The notes under the pieces were generated by a model that was not told the origin of the DNA, did not search any database, and was given only the letters and a program-made list of their open reading frames with translations. The position numbers were made by a program, and so were the translations under genes. Positions 12,671-24,209 of a stretch of DNA of 64,000 nt are shown in pieces; the stretch's first letter is position 1; every line of letters starts with the position of its first letter. Source of the DNA: Zootoca vivipara (Eukaryota); assembly GCF_963506605.1 (NCBI RefSeq), contig NC_083278.1, positions 20,026,001 through 20,090,000 on the forward strand, in the 5' to 3' direction.

Positions 12671-12964
12671 CCTCCCTGGAAGGTGCTCCCTGGAAGGACA
12701 GATCATGAAGCTGAGGCTCCAATACTTTGGCCACCTCATGAGAAGAGAAGAATCCTTGGAAAAGACCCTGATGTTGGGAAAGATTGAGGGCACTAGGAGA
12801 AGGGGACGACAGAGGACAAGATGGTTGGACAGTGTTCTCGAAGCTACGAACATGAGTTTGACCAAACTGTGGGAGGCAGTGGAAGACAGGAGTGCCTGGC
12901 GTGCTATGGTCCATGGGGTCACGAAGAGTCGGACACGACTAAACGACTAAACAACAACAACAAC
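12671..12964 (+). mobile_element. RTE-BovB LINE 3' fragment
   Basis: KLRLQYFGHLMRREESLEKTLMLGKIEG...RWLD C-terminus; tail GAGTCGGACACGACTAAACGACTAAACAAC(AAC)n; TSD ATGCAGGT at 12663-12670 and 12965-12972. Confidence 0.92.
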
Positions 12965-13411
12965 ATGCAGGTGCACTGAAGACAAACATTTGTGCTCTTG
13001 GTATATTCAACCCAAATCCTTGTATCATTGAACATGAGGTCACTGCAGCTGCTAGCTAGAAAATACAGGAAAAGGTCAAATACACAGGACTTCCCTGCTG
13101 AAGACAGACTCTCCAAGTGTCCCTGTTTTCCAAGGACAGTCCCAGATTTATATTGGCTGGGGCAACCCAGTCAGATGGGTTGAATGTAAATAATGTTGTT
13201 GTTGAATAGAACTTCCCTATTTTCATCAGAGAAATATTGGATGATATGTGATCAGTCTTGAGGCCTGTGTCAGCTGCTTTTCTGAAGAGTAGATGAGGAA
13301 AAAAAGTCAGGACCAGCTCCAGATTAAGGCGATTTGGGGCCAAAGTGCTCTTTGCTTGGCCCCTTTGACAAAGGGGTGAGACCTGTGGGTATAGGGCAGT
13401 ATATGAATTAA

Positions 13412-13457
<46 letters not shown>
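13412..13457. repeat. (AAT)n microsatellite
   Basis: Read directly. Confidence 0.95.
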
Positions 13458-14741
13458 GCAGCTCAGTTACAGAACATCTGCTTTGGATACAGAAGTTCCC
13501 ATCTTCAATCCTCAGCATCTCCTGGGCATTGGGAGACAACACCCTGGAGGAGGGGCTTTGGGGAAGATTAAAATGGCAGCTAGACAAAGTCATCCCATGT
13601 TTACTCAGAGGACTGGGCTGAGGAAATGACAAGGGGATCCCTGGCTAGGTATCAGCTGTGGACCTTGCTATGGAGTTGGGGCCCTGGCAGCTTCCTAATG
13701 GAGGATACCTGCTCCTCGCATGCAACAGCCCCATATGTCTTGTTTCCATTGCTGCAAAAGCAGCGTAGATCACAAAGTGTAACAGCTCAAAATATGCTGG
13801 AAAGTGGTTTGAATGGTTGTTGTTTTAAAAGAATAAGCTGATGCACCTTATAGGAAATCGTGTTAACTCCCTTGATAAAACAGCTGCACTGGCCTCTGGC
13901 TCCTTTCCAGGCACAATTCAAAATGCTGGTGCTTGATGTGCTAAACAGCTCATGACTAGGTCCCTAGAAGGACCAGTTGCTCCCATCTGAGCCTGATTGA
14001 TAGTTCAGAACTTAAGGACCCTCCTTGGGTCACACTAAGGGCCTTTCTAGCCTGGCATCCAGTCTCAGTGGCCAACCAAGGGCCAATGGGAAACCTGAAA
14101 GCAGGGCATGGAGACAACTGCCATCTCCCCATACTGGAGGAGAGACAACTGGCTGGGCCAAAAGAAAGGGCTCTCTGAGTGGCTGCATCCAAATTTTGGA
14201 ATACACGAGGTTCCTTTCACATTCTCCCTTGCCGCTTTCCATTGGTTGCTGAACACGTTCCTGTTCTCACCCACTTCTACTGTGCTGGGAAAATGAAGTT
14301 TTCTATGGCAAAGCCTGCTTAGAGTCCTATTTTAATATGTTGATGTTGTTCTTATGGCTGTTGAAAAATATGGTTGTTTTATTGTGAATGTCAAGGGTTT
14401 TTGTTTTTTTTTAAATACTATTGCGAGCCATTCTGAGTAAAAGGAATGCATTAGATGGGAGGCTATAAATATTTGCACGAATGAATAAATAAATAAATAA
14501 ATAGCCTTGTCATTTTGCAGTACAAAAGAAAACACACTCTTGTTGAATATTTTAATGCAAGCACTTTACATACTTTAAAATCAATTTACCCCCATGCACA
14601 GAAACAACATCTGCTCAATGTTCCGTATCGTCACTTTTTGCTTTTTCATGAGAGGTAACAATCATTTCATTTACAGGCCCGCTGGTTTTCAGCAGTCATA
14701 GTGACTCTGGCAGGTAGCCTTAAAATCTGACGCAATGCTTC

Positions 14742-17700
14742 TTAGGCCCTCGAGAAAACTTCATGCACAGTTGCGACATATGCATCGTCAGGGGGCGGTT
14801 TCTTTTGGCTTCCAGGCTGCAGGAATTTCTTTATGGTGGGAAGATTGCTTGCCCTTGCTTTGAAAGCCTAGAGCAAAAGATGAACAAATAAAACAAATAA
14901 GTTTTTTTTAAAAGCAACAGAATAGAAGCAGCAAGCCGGGACTGCGCCGGAGTCAATGGGACTATCGACGACTGCAGTCAGTTGAATGATGGATTTGGGT
15001 GGGTGGGTGTCTGCGAAGGCAGTTTAACGAGACAGTTGCAATCCTACATAAATAGAAGACAGCATCATGGTTGAAAACTCACTGGCCCCATTGCCAGAAA
15101 GAGCTATATATGGGCTTTGTTCTGTATTTAGGATCCCGGTTCATATTTATGCTGTACCTTGTCTGGGCCTATATACCTGAATCCTGGCTGTTCTCATGGG
15201 GGTTAACATACTGGCCTCAAAAGTTCTGGGCTGTTGCTTTGCCTGTCTACCTTTTAGTTAGCGTGGGAATAGGCTATGTACTCCTCTTTGGTATTAACAT
15301 GATCAGTACTGCTCCACTGAATTCCACACACACCATTACAGACCACGACGCAAAAAATCAGAAATGGAAAAAACCACAAGAAGATGCTATCCCTGCATTA
15401 AGAGATATTCCTATCAGTGAAGTAAACAAAATGTTTTTCTTGTCTGACATGGAAGACTGCCCTAGAAACTAATTGAAGAAAAAGCTTTTTTTAAAAATTA
15501 AAATAAAAAATAACCAAAAAAAAGAGCAACAGAATAGCTTCTTGAGTATAGACCAGGCACCCCCAAACTTCGCCCTCCAGATGTTTTTGACTACAATTCC
15601 CAACTTCCCCAATCACTGGTCCTGTTAGCTAGGGATCATGGGAGTTGTAGGCTAAAACATCTGGAGGGCCGCAGTTTGGGGGTGCCTGGTATAGACCAAC
15701 ATCCTTTTAAAAGGATTTTTGAAAATACAACCCAAAGAGTTGTTTAGAAAGGAGTTAAAGGTAAAGGTAAAGGGGCCCCTGACCATCAGGTCCAGTCGTG
15801 TCCGACTCTGGGGTTGCGGCGCTCATCTCGCTCTATAGGCCGAGGGAGCCGGCGTTTGTCCGCAGACAGCTTCCGGGTCATGTGGCCAGCATGACTAAGC
15901 TTCTTCTGGCGAACCAGAGCAGCACACGGAAACGCCGTTTACCTTCCCGCCGGAGCGGTCCCTATTTATCTACTTGCACTTTGATGTGCTTTCGAACTGC
16001 TAGGTGGGCAGGAGCAGGGACCGAGCAACGGGAGCTCACCCCGTCACAGGGATTCGAACTGCTGACCTTCTGATCGGCAAGCCCTAGGCTCTGTGGTTTA
16101 ACCCACAGTGCCACCTGGGTTATGCCAATATAAAGCAACCATCAAGAAGAGAGACTTGCCCTGCACATAAAAAAGAGCTAATATCCACATGGTCTGGTTG
16201 CTGCTCCCCACCCCCGAATGGATCCCACTCTGTGGTGCCAACATCTAAATCCTGGCAAAAAGGCCCACTCTTTTGATATGGAAACAAAATGCTCCAATCA
16301 GCTGCATAAGTGGAAGCCTCTGGGCACATTGCTGGAGCTATGTGGGAACTTCCCTATTGTACATCTTCCTGAGTACACATTCCTGCCACCACAACCCACT
16401 CCCCAAGAAAAACTCCACTTCTCCCCATTTGTCCCAAGGATGTTGGAGAAATTTGCATTTTAAGGATAAATAGCATAATTCATGTTCCATGAAACAGGAA
16501 ACTGTCCTTCAGCATTTGCACTTCTTCACATTTTGCCATGCGCTTCTCCAAAAGAACTTTTCCCCTCCACAAAAATGGAATTTTTAGGGGAAAGTACACA
16601 AAAATCACATATACTGTAAGTGAAGGTGAGTTCCCCAAACGATTTCTATTGGGGGAAATCACTTGCAAAGGTGGTGTGTATTAGGCTACTACACTGGATA
16701 CAATAGTCTCCGTGTTAAGAAATATGAGCACTAAAAAAAAAACCTGGTGAAAAAAAACCTGGAAAGGTGGCAAACTCCACTTGAGATTGGAAAAAAGAGA
16801 CAACTTGAATCTGGCAGATTCATCTATCCTTACTCCAATCTTGATTCACAGCATTTCGAAACTGTTCCACTAATGAAGATAATCTGGTTCAATTCATGTA
16901 CAAACCTGCGCGAAACCCTTTAAGGCAGAATGTTTGAAGAAATCCAAATGACTCCGTACACTTGGATGCAGGACAGCAGTTTGGCGGCCTCATATATTCT
17001 GAACCAGAAACACACCCTCTCACCCTGCTGCCTTCTTGATCTCTGATGCCACCAACCTGGTGTTCTCTGCTGCCTTGCCAGTTGGCATTGATCCTTTTAC
17101 CATGACCTCTTTCGACCCCGCTGCCCCTTTGCCAGTACTTGTATTCACAAGCAGAAAAGTAAACATAATAGTACCAGATGGGGATTGTGCACAGGGAAGC
17201 AGCTCTGTGGAGTGTGCCTTTGGGGAAGGCAGGGGGACTGTGGCCCAGGGCGTACGTGTTTGAGGGGGCACAACCAGGCACCCCCAAGACAGGCACAGAG
17301 CCCTGGCAGCTGAGGCACGGCAGCGGGTGGGTTGGTTTAGAGGGCAGGTGGATGGAAGCAGCCAGCGAAGAGGCTATTGGAGGCGAGTTCCGTTCATCCT
17401 CCTTGCAGGCTCTGTGCAAACACACACACCCCAGCACATGCCCCCACACCAGCTGCCCAGTCCACCGGGGGTGGGGGAATAACACTTGCCCCGCCTAAGG
17501 TGCCAGCAACCCACGCTATGCCACTGGCACTTAGGGATTGCCAGTCTGCCAAGAACAGTGTCAGAGAGCCACTGCGTCAAGGTAGCTGCAGGACCTGAGA
17601 AGCGTGGGGGAGAGAAGGTGGGCACAGTGGTCTGGTTTCTCCTTTGGCTTGCTTCATCACATCAACACCACTGAGTTGACAACTTTGAGGGTTGTTGTTG

Positions 17701-20700
17701 TTTTAACAAATCAAGCACTGTATATATAAATGAGTCATGGTCACAGCACATTGTCTAAAGATTGGGGGGGGGGTGAGGAAGAGGAGCAAAGAGAGGTCAC
17801 TGCACCCTGCCCAGAGTCCTTCATCCAGCATGCTGAGAGGGAACAGGGAAGGAGCAGGAAGGGCCATAAATCCATGGTACAACCTCTGCTTTGTATGCAG
17901 AAGGTTCCAGGTTCAATCCCCAAGTGGGGCTCAGAGGTTCCCCTGCCTGAAATTATGGAGAATTGGCCAGCTGGTGTAGACAAATCTGAGTTGGATGGAC
18001 TGACGGTCTGACTTTCTAGAAGGCAGCTTCCTGGAATCCGTTGCCCAGATAGGGAATCATTATAGTCCCTTGTGTATAAGGGTCAAGCTTAGCCTTAGTT
18101 GAATTCTACACACGTCAATCCAGAGGTCAGAACCGACACATTCTGAGACATGACACATTCTGCACAACACACCCGACCAACAGTTTACCTGCAGTTGAGG
18201 GAAGGGTGCAAGAACATCAGATTTTAGCTCTTCCACCATTAAGATCGCTTCAAGCAGCTGTACATCTGCCCAGCTGAGGCGATTGCCAACGAGAAACTCT
18301 TGTCCAGGCTGTTTCAGGGCCTAGAAAACAACAATAAAGAATGTCCTTTTAATTTTGCTGGAGATTTTTGGGATAGTGTGGCCGACTTCTGTTCAAACGT
18401 CATATATGCTACAGAGAACTTGATAGCTCCCTCCCCACCCCTCTCCCTTACAGGCGTATTTGGACCAGGTGAGACAGGCTCAAATAAGAGATAATGCAGG
18501 CGAAACCCCCCCCCCCCAAGCTGTGAGGGAATCACCAGAATTTGCAGGATTCCAGCTACCCATTCTCATTTTCATCTCCCCTTCCCCCCAAAAACCAGTC
18601 ACTCAGCACACCATGCTTTGCCCCTTCTGGGTGTTTCAAGGTGTTTTGTTTTTTTTAAAAAAACTGCCTTAGTGGCCCTCCCCACCTAAAGAGCTTTTGC
18701 TTTTGTGAAAACCTCAGGGGTTCCCCAAAGCATGCTGATACCTCATATGTCTGCATGATGCCATTTTGGCTGCATAAAAACAAGCACTCAAAGAATTGAG
18801 ATCACTATTAGTTTACAGAGAGACTTACTAGACAGAAGTGATGCCTGGTGGAACGGCCATCACTTGGTAGCCAAGGCTGAGAAGACCTGCCTGCTGGGAC
18901 TTGAATGCTTGGAGGGAGAAATCTAGCCCTCTCCCTGCGATCTATATTCCCAGCTATGCAAATCTTTATCAAGTGATGATGTTGAAAACCAAAAAGGGAC
19001 AACCCCAGGCATCGATTTAGTCCATCCACTGATTTGGTAACAAAGTTGGGCAAGGCACTGCAAATAAATTTTTGGGGACCTGGAAGGAGAGGGTAAGGAT
19101 TGGTCCTTGAAGTACCCTGCCAGTTGGGAATTATTGTCCAAAAGATCTAGAAGGCACCAGGTTGGCACAGGCTGGTTCTGGGTAATGTGTAGCTCAGTTT
19201 TGGGTTCCCCATCCCTGATGTAAGGTACGAATGGGAATCGTTGTTGTCATACCTTTTCGTAGACTGGGAAGTACCTGGTGGTGGCCTTCTCAAGAATAGA
19301 AGCAAGCTGCTTCTCCTTTTGCTCAGGTGGAGAGAAGGAATACGCCAGAATCATGCCCATCAGGTCCATGGTTCCTTCCACATACATGTCAATGCTGTGA
19401 GGACAAGGGAGGCATGGGTAAGGAAAATTAATCTGCTAGATTGAACTTCTTGGGGAAATAGGAACACAAAAATGGGCAGTGGGTCTAGCTTACGTGGCCT
19501 GTTGACTTATCTTCGTGCATTATTTCAATGCTTAGGGGTTATCTGAACCCCCTTAGAGAGAACTGCAAGTTTCTAAGTGGAATTAGCTGAACCTGAGAGC
19601 TACTTTAAGGGAGCTGCAGAAATAGCAGCCTAGGGAGCTGCTACTGGCTGGTGGAAAGGCTGTTTGCTTCCAGTGTGTCCCATCTCTAGATATGTAAATA
19701 ATGCCATTATTTACGAAGGCACCCTAAGCCTCCAGGGTTCCCTCTCTATCATCCAAAAGGAAGCCGAACCTCTAAATACTGCTCCTTGACACTCTAAAGT
19801 GAGAGCACATAACAGTAGGATGTTAGGGTAAAAGCCAAGGTTAGTCATACATAGAAGAACAAGGAGACCATTGAAATCAGTGGCCTTTTGCTCATGGATT
19901 TCAGTGGGTCTATTCTGAGTGTGATCAACATTGGACATCACCCATAAAATGTAACACACAGGATGAACACACATATGGGATGGGTGTTAGAACAAGTTAG
20001 ACACCAAACCAGAAGCCAAAATCTTCCAGAGTATCTTTTCCCTGGCCTCTCACAGGTTTTCTCCTCTTTCCTAGGCAATGCAAATTTGTGAGCATGTGCA
20101 AATACTGTTAATGCCACTGGGGTCTTTTAATGCAGCTATCAAGTACAGTATGGTGAACCATGATACAGTACTGTGCTCTTTCTTTCAGGTTCTTCCCATG
20201 GAGGTTATATTTCCCCGCGATGTAGTTGAGGATGGCCTTGGTCTGGACCAGCTTCAGCCCATCCATCTCGACCAGAGGGACTTGATCAAACAGCAAGTAT
20301 CCATCTTTAGGAAAGCAAAGGAAAACAAGCAAAAGCAAAGTCATTCATCTTTCCAAAACAGTTATTCTGTGAGATTAAGGAAATGTGGCAAGATTCCTCC
20401 ACAGTGAAGCACTTTCAAAGCTAGCATGCAGCCTCACTTTCTGCCAGAAGGCAAACAGCCAAGAGAAATTTCAATCTACTATCATTTAACAACATATCTC
20501 ATGCCTGGAATGTGTGCGCAACCTTCCAAAAGACTGGAGGCTATTCCGGTGTCAGAGAAGAAAAGCTGACTTCTCTCTGCTATTGTGACCAATGATTCCA
20601 ACATTTGACTCACTGAATAAGCTCTCCTACCTTTTCCCAGATGCCACCTGTGTGAGTGTCTAACACAAGATTGCATCAAGCTCACAACCTGAGATAGAAA

Positions 20701-23086
20701 AAACAACCAATACTTAACACAGTTTGCAGGGTTGGGGGAAAATCAGCTCAGCATAGCACAAAGTGCTTTGCTAGGGCTCCTATGTTAGTTCTGCAGAGAG
20801 ACCAGCCCCTTTTGGCTTTCTTTCCCCGAAATGTTTCCACCCCAGCTAGCTTTTTAGAAGAAACGAGTAACACTAAGAACTGGTACAGTATTTGCTTTTT
20901 GGTTATTTTCCTCTTCTCTGCCCAACACCTTTTCCGTTTTGTGTCACATCTTTTAGACTGTTAGCCTGAGAGCAGGAACTGTCTTGTTTGGTTTTTTTTT
21001 TTCCAAAATCTGTAAGCCACTCTGTGAACCTTTTTGGCTAAACAATGCTTAAATAATTAAAAGGCTTTGAAAACATTGCTAAGCAGTGAATTTTCTATCA
21101 CAGGCCCTGTTTTACATATGATTCAAACCTCCAGCCTCCCATGGGTTCTGCAGCATTCCAAGAATCAACCACACCTTTAAATCGTCAGATTTCTACATGC
21201 TCAGACCATTTGAATGTCAGATCCTGGGGCCATTTTATAATCTACCACCCCCAAAAGAATACACCAAACAAAATAAAGGGAAATAAGCTAATTGTTCCAA
21301 GGAGGCATGTTACAATATTCTATCCCACAACCCAGATATTCAAGCCCATTTAAAATTGCCTTCAAGGAAAAGCTTGTGGATTGCAGCCTAGATTATGTAA
21401 CATGCAATAAAATTAAAAAGATATTTTGCACTGAGGAATATTACACATTTGGGGGAGAATATTAATTATGTTTTTCCCCTCCAGGTCTCCAATAATTAAT
21501 ATTGTATTTGCCATCCACATGATACACTCATGACACACATTTGGACATCTTTTGCTTTGTGGTGTGGGGGGCAGCAAGGCAGGATAGAAATATTTTAAAA
21601 TATATTCCTAAAAATATAGATTTTACATTTTATATTTTATATGTGGTACATTCAGGAGCAGGAGCAGAAGAGGCAACAGCGTGACTTGTGCTTAATGTGT
21701 GAAAACACCCCTGGCTGGACAAAAGAAAGAAGTTCTGCTTCTTTTGCTGCTTCTTGTATGCGGGCATTTCACTTTTGCCTTGTGGTTTCAGAAAACATGC
21801 AAAACCTGTTTGACCGGAGGTAACAATAGTGGGACAAAAGAAATGTGTGTGTACACCCATGGATGCTGAGGTCTCTCTCAAACCACCTTCAGCTCTCCAA
21901 AAAACTCAACAACTGTCTAGCTAGCCCAAGAGTTCAGCCACATGCCTACTTCTAGCTGAAATAAAAATAGTGACTTCAGAGTCAAACACTTGTGAGAAAC
22001 GGCAGCAATCTCTGTGCATTCCTCACTGTATGTTATCTATAGAATGCATGTTCTCATGAAACATTGCCTGCACCTACAGCACCAACATTCCATATAAAAA
22101 CTCAGATGCACACATGAATTGCCTACAGTAAGGAAAAGAAGCAACGCAAGGTGTTAGGAAACAACCATCCATGATGGCTTTTGCTGCTCCTGTACCCTTT
22201 GTCAATATGTCATCTGGAAAGTCTGTTGAACTCCACTAATCTCTCCAAGGAAAATCTTGTAGATAGTTTGCTCATCTAGCTAAATCTGAGCAAACAATCC
22301 ACTTAACAACCTAGATTTAAGCCATTTATAACCTGGAAGATTTAAGCCTATTCTTAGTGGTTTAACTGATCACAGCTGCAGCATATATGCTGATAAAGAC
22401 TTAGCATTTATAGTGCAGTTATAATCAGTTTAACCCCCTTGTCAACAGCCTTAAATCCAGGTTATAAGTAAAGCTTCAGACACTTGCTCAGATTTAGTTG
22501 GACGTGCAAACCACCTGCAAGGTTATCCATAAACAAATGAATGGAGTTTGTCTGCCGTTTCAGATGACATATTTGTCAAACATGTCAAATGGTATTTTCA
22601 GATTTTGGAGAAAAAGATACATGGGTAGCAAAAAGCTGTTCACTTATCTGGGCTTAAGCCCCACTGAATTTAGTGGGGTTCCCCGCTGAATAGGCATATA
22701 TAGGTTTGCACTGTGAGTTTTACCTTTGATTAACTTCAAATACTGTTCTCTTGTTTTCAAAAACTCTTCTTCAAACTGGAAAAAGACAGGAAAACAGATC
22801 AGGTTATTTTCATTCCTATGTCATACCCGTTCTTTCTATTGCATAAAGGTACTGCATTGGTTCTTCTGTAGATACAGAAATAGCTAAGAGTGTGAGCTGT
22901 GAATTGTGAAATCTCCCGTTCAAAGCTCGGAGCACACAATAGTGCAAATTTCACAAGCAATCCGGTGCAAGGGGAGTCTTCCAAACATAAGCAACCAACC
23001 TCCACTCCAGCTGCTGCTAAGAGCCATCGGATGGACTCCATTCTTCCTCTGCCTTCAAAGTACGTCAGTTTCGGTTTCCCAGACAT
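14742..23086 (-). CDS. Glutathione S-transferase alpha class, paralog b (complete, 223 aa; resembles rodent Gsta4-type sequences)
   Basis: Exons 23000-23086 ([29 protein letters not shown]), 22724-22775 ([17 protein letters not shown]), 20172-20304 ([16 protein letters not shown]...KNLKERA), 19253-19394 ([13 protein letters not shown]...RYFPVYEK), 18189-18320 ([24 protein letters not shown]...PQLQ), 14742-14867 ([41 protein letters not shown]). Lengths 87+52+133+142+132+126=672 bp, in frame, canonical splice sites. Confidence 0.96.
14926..15524 (+). pseudogene. PIGP: Processed (intronless) retrocopy of PIGP, GPI-GlcNAc transferase subunit P
   Basis: ATG 15067 [16 protein letters not shown], +1 G at about 15112-15114, then FVLYLGSRF...[20 protein letters not shown]...[18 protein letters not shown] to stop 15472. 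No introns; AATAAA 15502-15507; A-rich tail; 13-bp TSD AGCAACAGAATAG at 14913-14925 and 15525-15537. Confidence 0.93.
15554..15688. mobile_element. hAT (Charlie-like) MITE, same family as 6974-7109
   Basis: TIR CAGGCACCCCCAAACT, 8-bp TSD GTATAGAC. Confidence 0.88.
15756..16120 (-). mobile_element. Sauria SINE (Squam1-type)
   Basis: tRNA-like head on minus strand, about 360 bp, (ACCTTT)n tail; similar to the copies at 40281 and 59282. Confidence 0.88.
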
Positions 23087-23290
23087 ATTTCCAAGCTGCT
23101 GGTTTCCTGACGAGTGCCATTTAATGGGGAGAAGAAAAAGTTTAATTAAATAAATTGTGTACACAACCATGCAGGTACGATTTTGCTGAAAAGTTTTAGT
23201 TACAGGTAGGTAGCCGTGTTGGTCTGAGTCGAAGCAAAATAAAAAAATTCCTTCAGTAGCACCTTAAAGACCAACTAAGTTTATATTTTG

Positions 23291-23328
23291 GTATGAGCTT
23301 TCATGTGCATGCACACTTCTTCAGATAC
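23291..23328 (-). ncRNA. Second minimal hammerhead motif, sense to GSTA paralog b pre-mRNA
   Basis: Reverse complement reads GTATCTGAAGAAGTGTGCATGCACATGAAAGCTCATAC; helix II closing pair is G-U instead of G-C. Confidence 0.62.
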
Positions 23329-23354
23329 AGATGTGTATCTTCTTCTTCAGATGT

Positions 23355-23392
23355 GTATCTGAAGAAGTGTGCATGCACACGAAAGCTCATAC
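23355..23392 (+). ncRNA. Minimal type I hammerhead ribozyme motif (Penelope-type)
   Basis: GTAT-CTGAAGA-a-GTGTGC-AT-GCACAC-GAAA-GC-TC-ATAC: helix I GUAU/AUAC, core CUGANGA, helix II, GAAA, palindromic AGCU in place of helix III, UC cleavage site. Confidence 0.7.
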
Positions 23393-23946
23393 CAAAATAT
23401 AAACTTAGTTGGTCTTTAAGGTGCTACTGAAGGAATTTTTTTATTTTGCTGAAAAGTTTGATTAGGTGGAGCAAAATGAAGAGAATACCTATTATGCACA
23501 GATGGAAAGGTTGAGTATTCTTGTGGTTACAACAGGGAAAGGACTTGGAAGGATTGTCTATAGTCCCAAGCACATTTAAGGGGAGAACACTGTGTTCCAG
23601 TGAACATGGTTAAACACACATCTGAATTCAAACATGCTTAAGTTCATGTCTAGTTTTCTCATCCCCTTCAGCTGCGCATGTCTCTCATTATTCCCACCCA
23701 ACCTTCCCCCTCCACTCAGTCAAGGCACATGAGGTTTTTTTTAGCAGGTTGGAGGGGGGTTATTCCAGTTTAACCAAGCTGTGGCATACTGAGTGTATAG
23801 CTACACAAAGGAGAGGAAAGTGGGGTTCGGTTACTTGATGTTTGTTCTCAGATATAAAAAAACTGAGTGCAAAATTCAGATGCCTAAAATTAGCACCTCT
23901 GAATGGTGTGTGTTTCAAGTTACCATTTTCTTGGGAGAAAAAAATA

Positions 23947-24209
23947 CAGTGGTACCTCGGGTTACAAACACTTTGGGTTACAGACTCCGCTAACCCGGAA
24001 GTAGTACCTTGGGTTGAGAACTTTGCCCCAGGATGAGAACAGAAATTGTGTGCCGGTGGTACGGTGGCAGCGGGAGGCCCCATTAGCTAAAGTGGTACCT
24101 CAGGTTAAGAGGTACCCATTAAGAGGCCCATTGTGCCTCGGTTTTCAAACGTTTCTGAACTCGAACGGTCTTTTGGAACGGATTATGTTCAAAAACCGAG
24201 GTACCACTG
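23947..24209. mobile_element. Tigger-type MITE
   Basis: TIR CAGTGGTACCTCGG, TA TSD. Confidence 0.8.

Larger units (their letters stand above)
23200..23450. mobile_element. Penelope-like element remnant: inverted terminal copies forming a palindrome
   Basis: Arms 23233-23329 and 23354-23450 are reverse complements (97 bp, 1 mismatch); 17-bp direct repeat ATTTTGCTGAAAAGTTT at 23180-23196 and 23443-23459; contains PLE-type hammerhead motif. Confidence 0.8.

Noticed and set aside
15071-15109. ORF-track N-terminus [13 protein letters not shown] of the PIGP ORF
   Set aside because: It starts at a TTG in the shifted frame; the real PIGP start is ATG 15067.
16889-17485. 198-aa minus-strand ORF and exon-like segment in GSTA-b intron 6
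   Set aside because: No recognisable domain, GC-rich composition favours chance ORFs, and the GSTA reading frame is complete without it.
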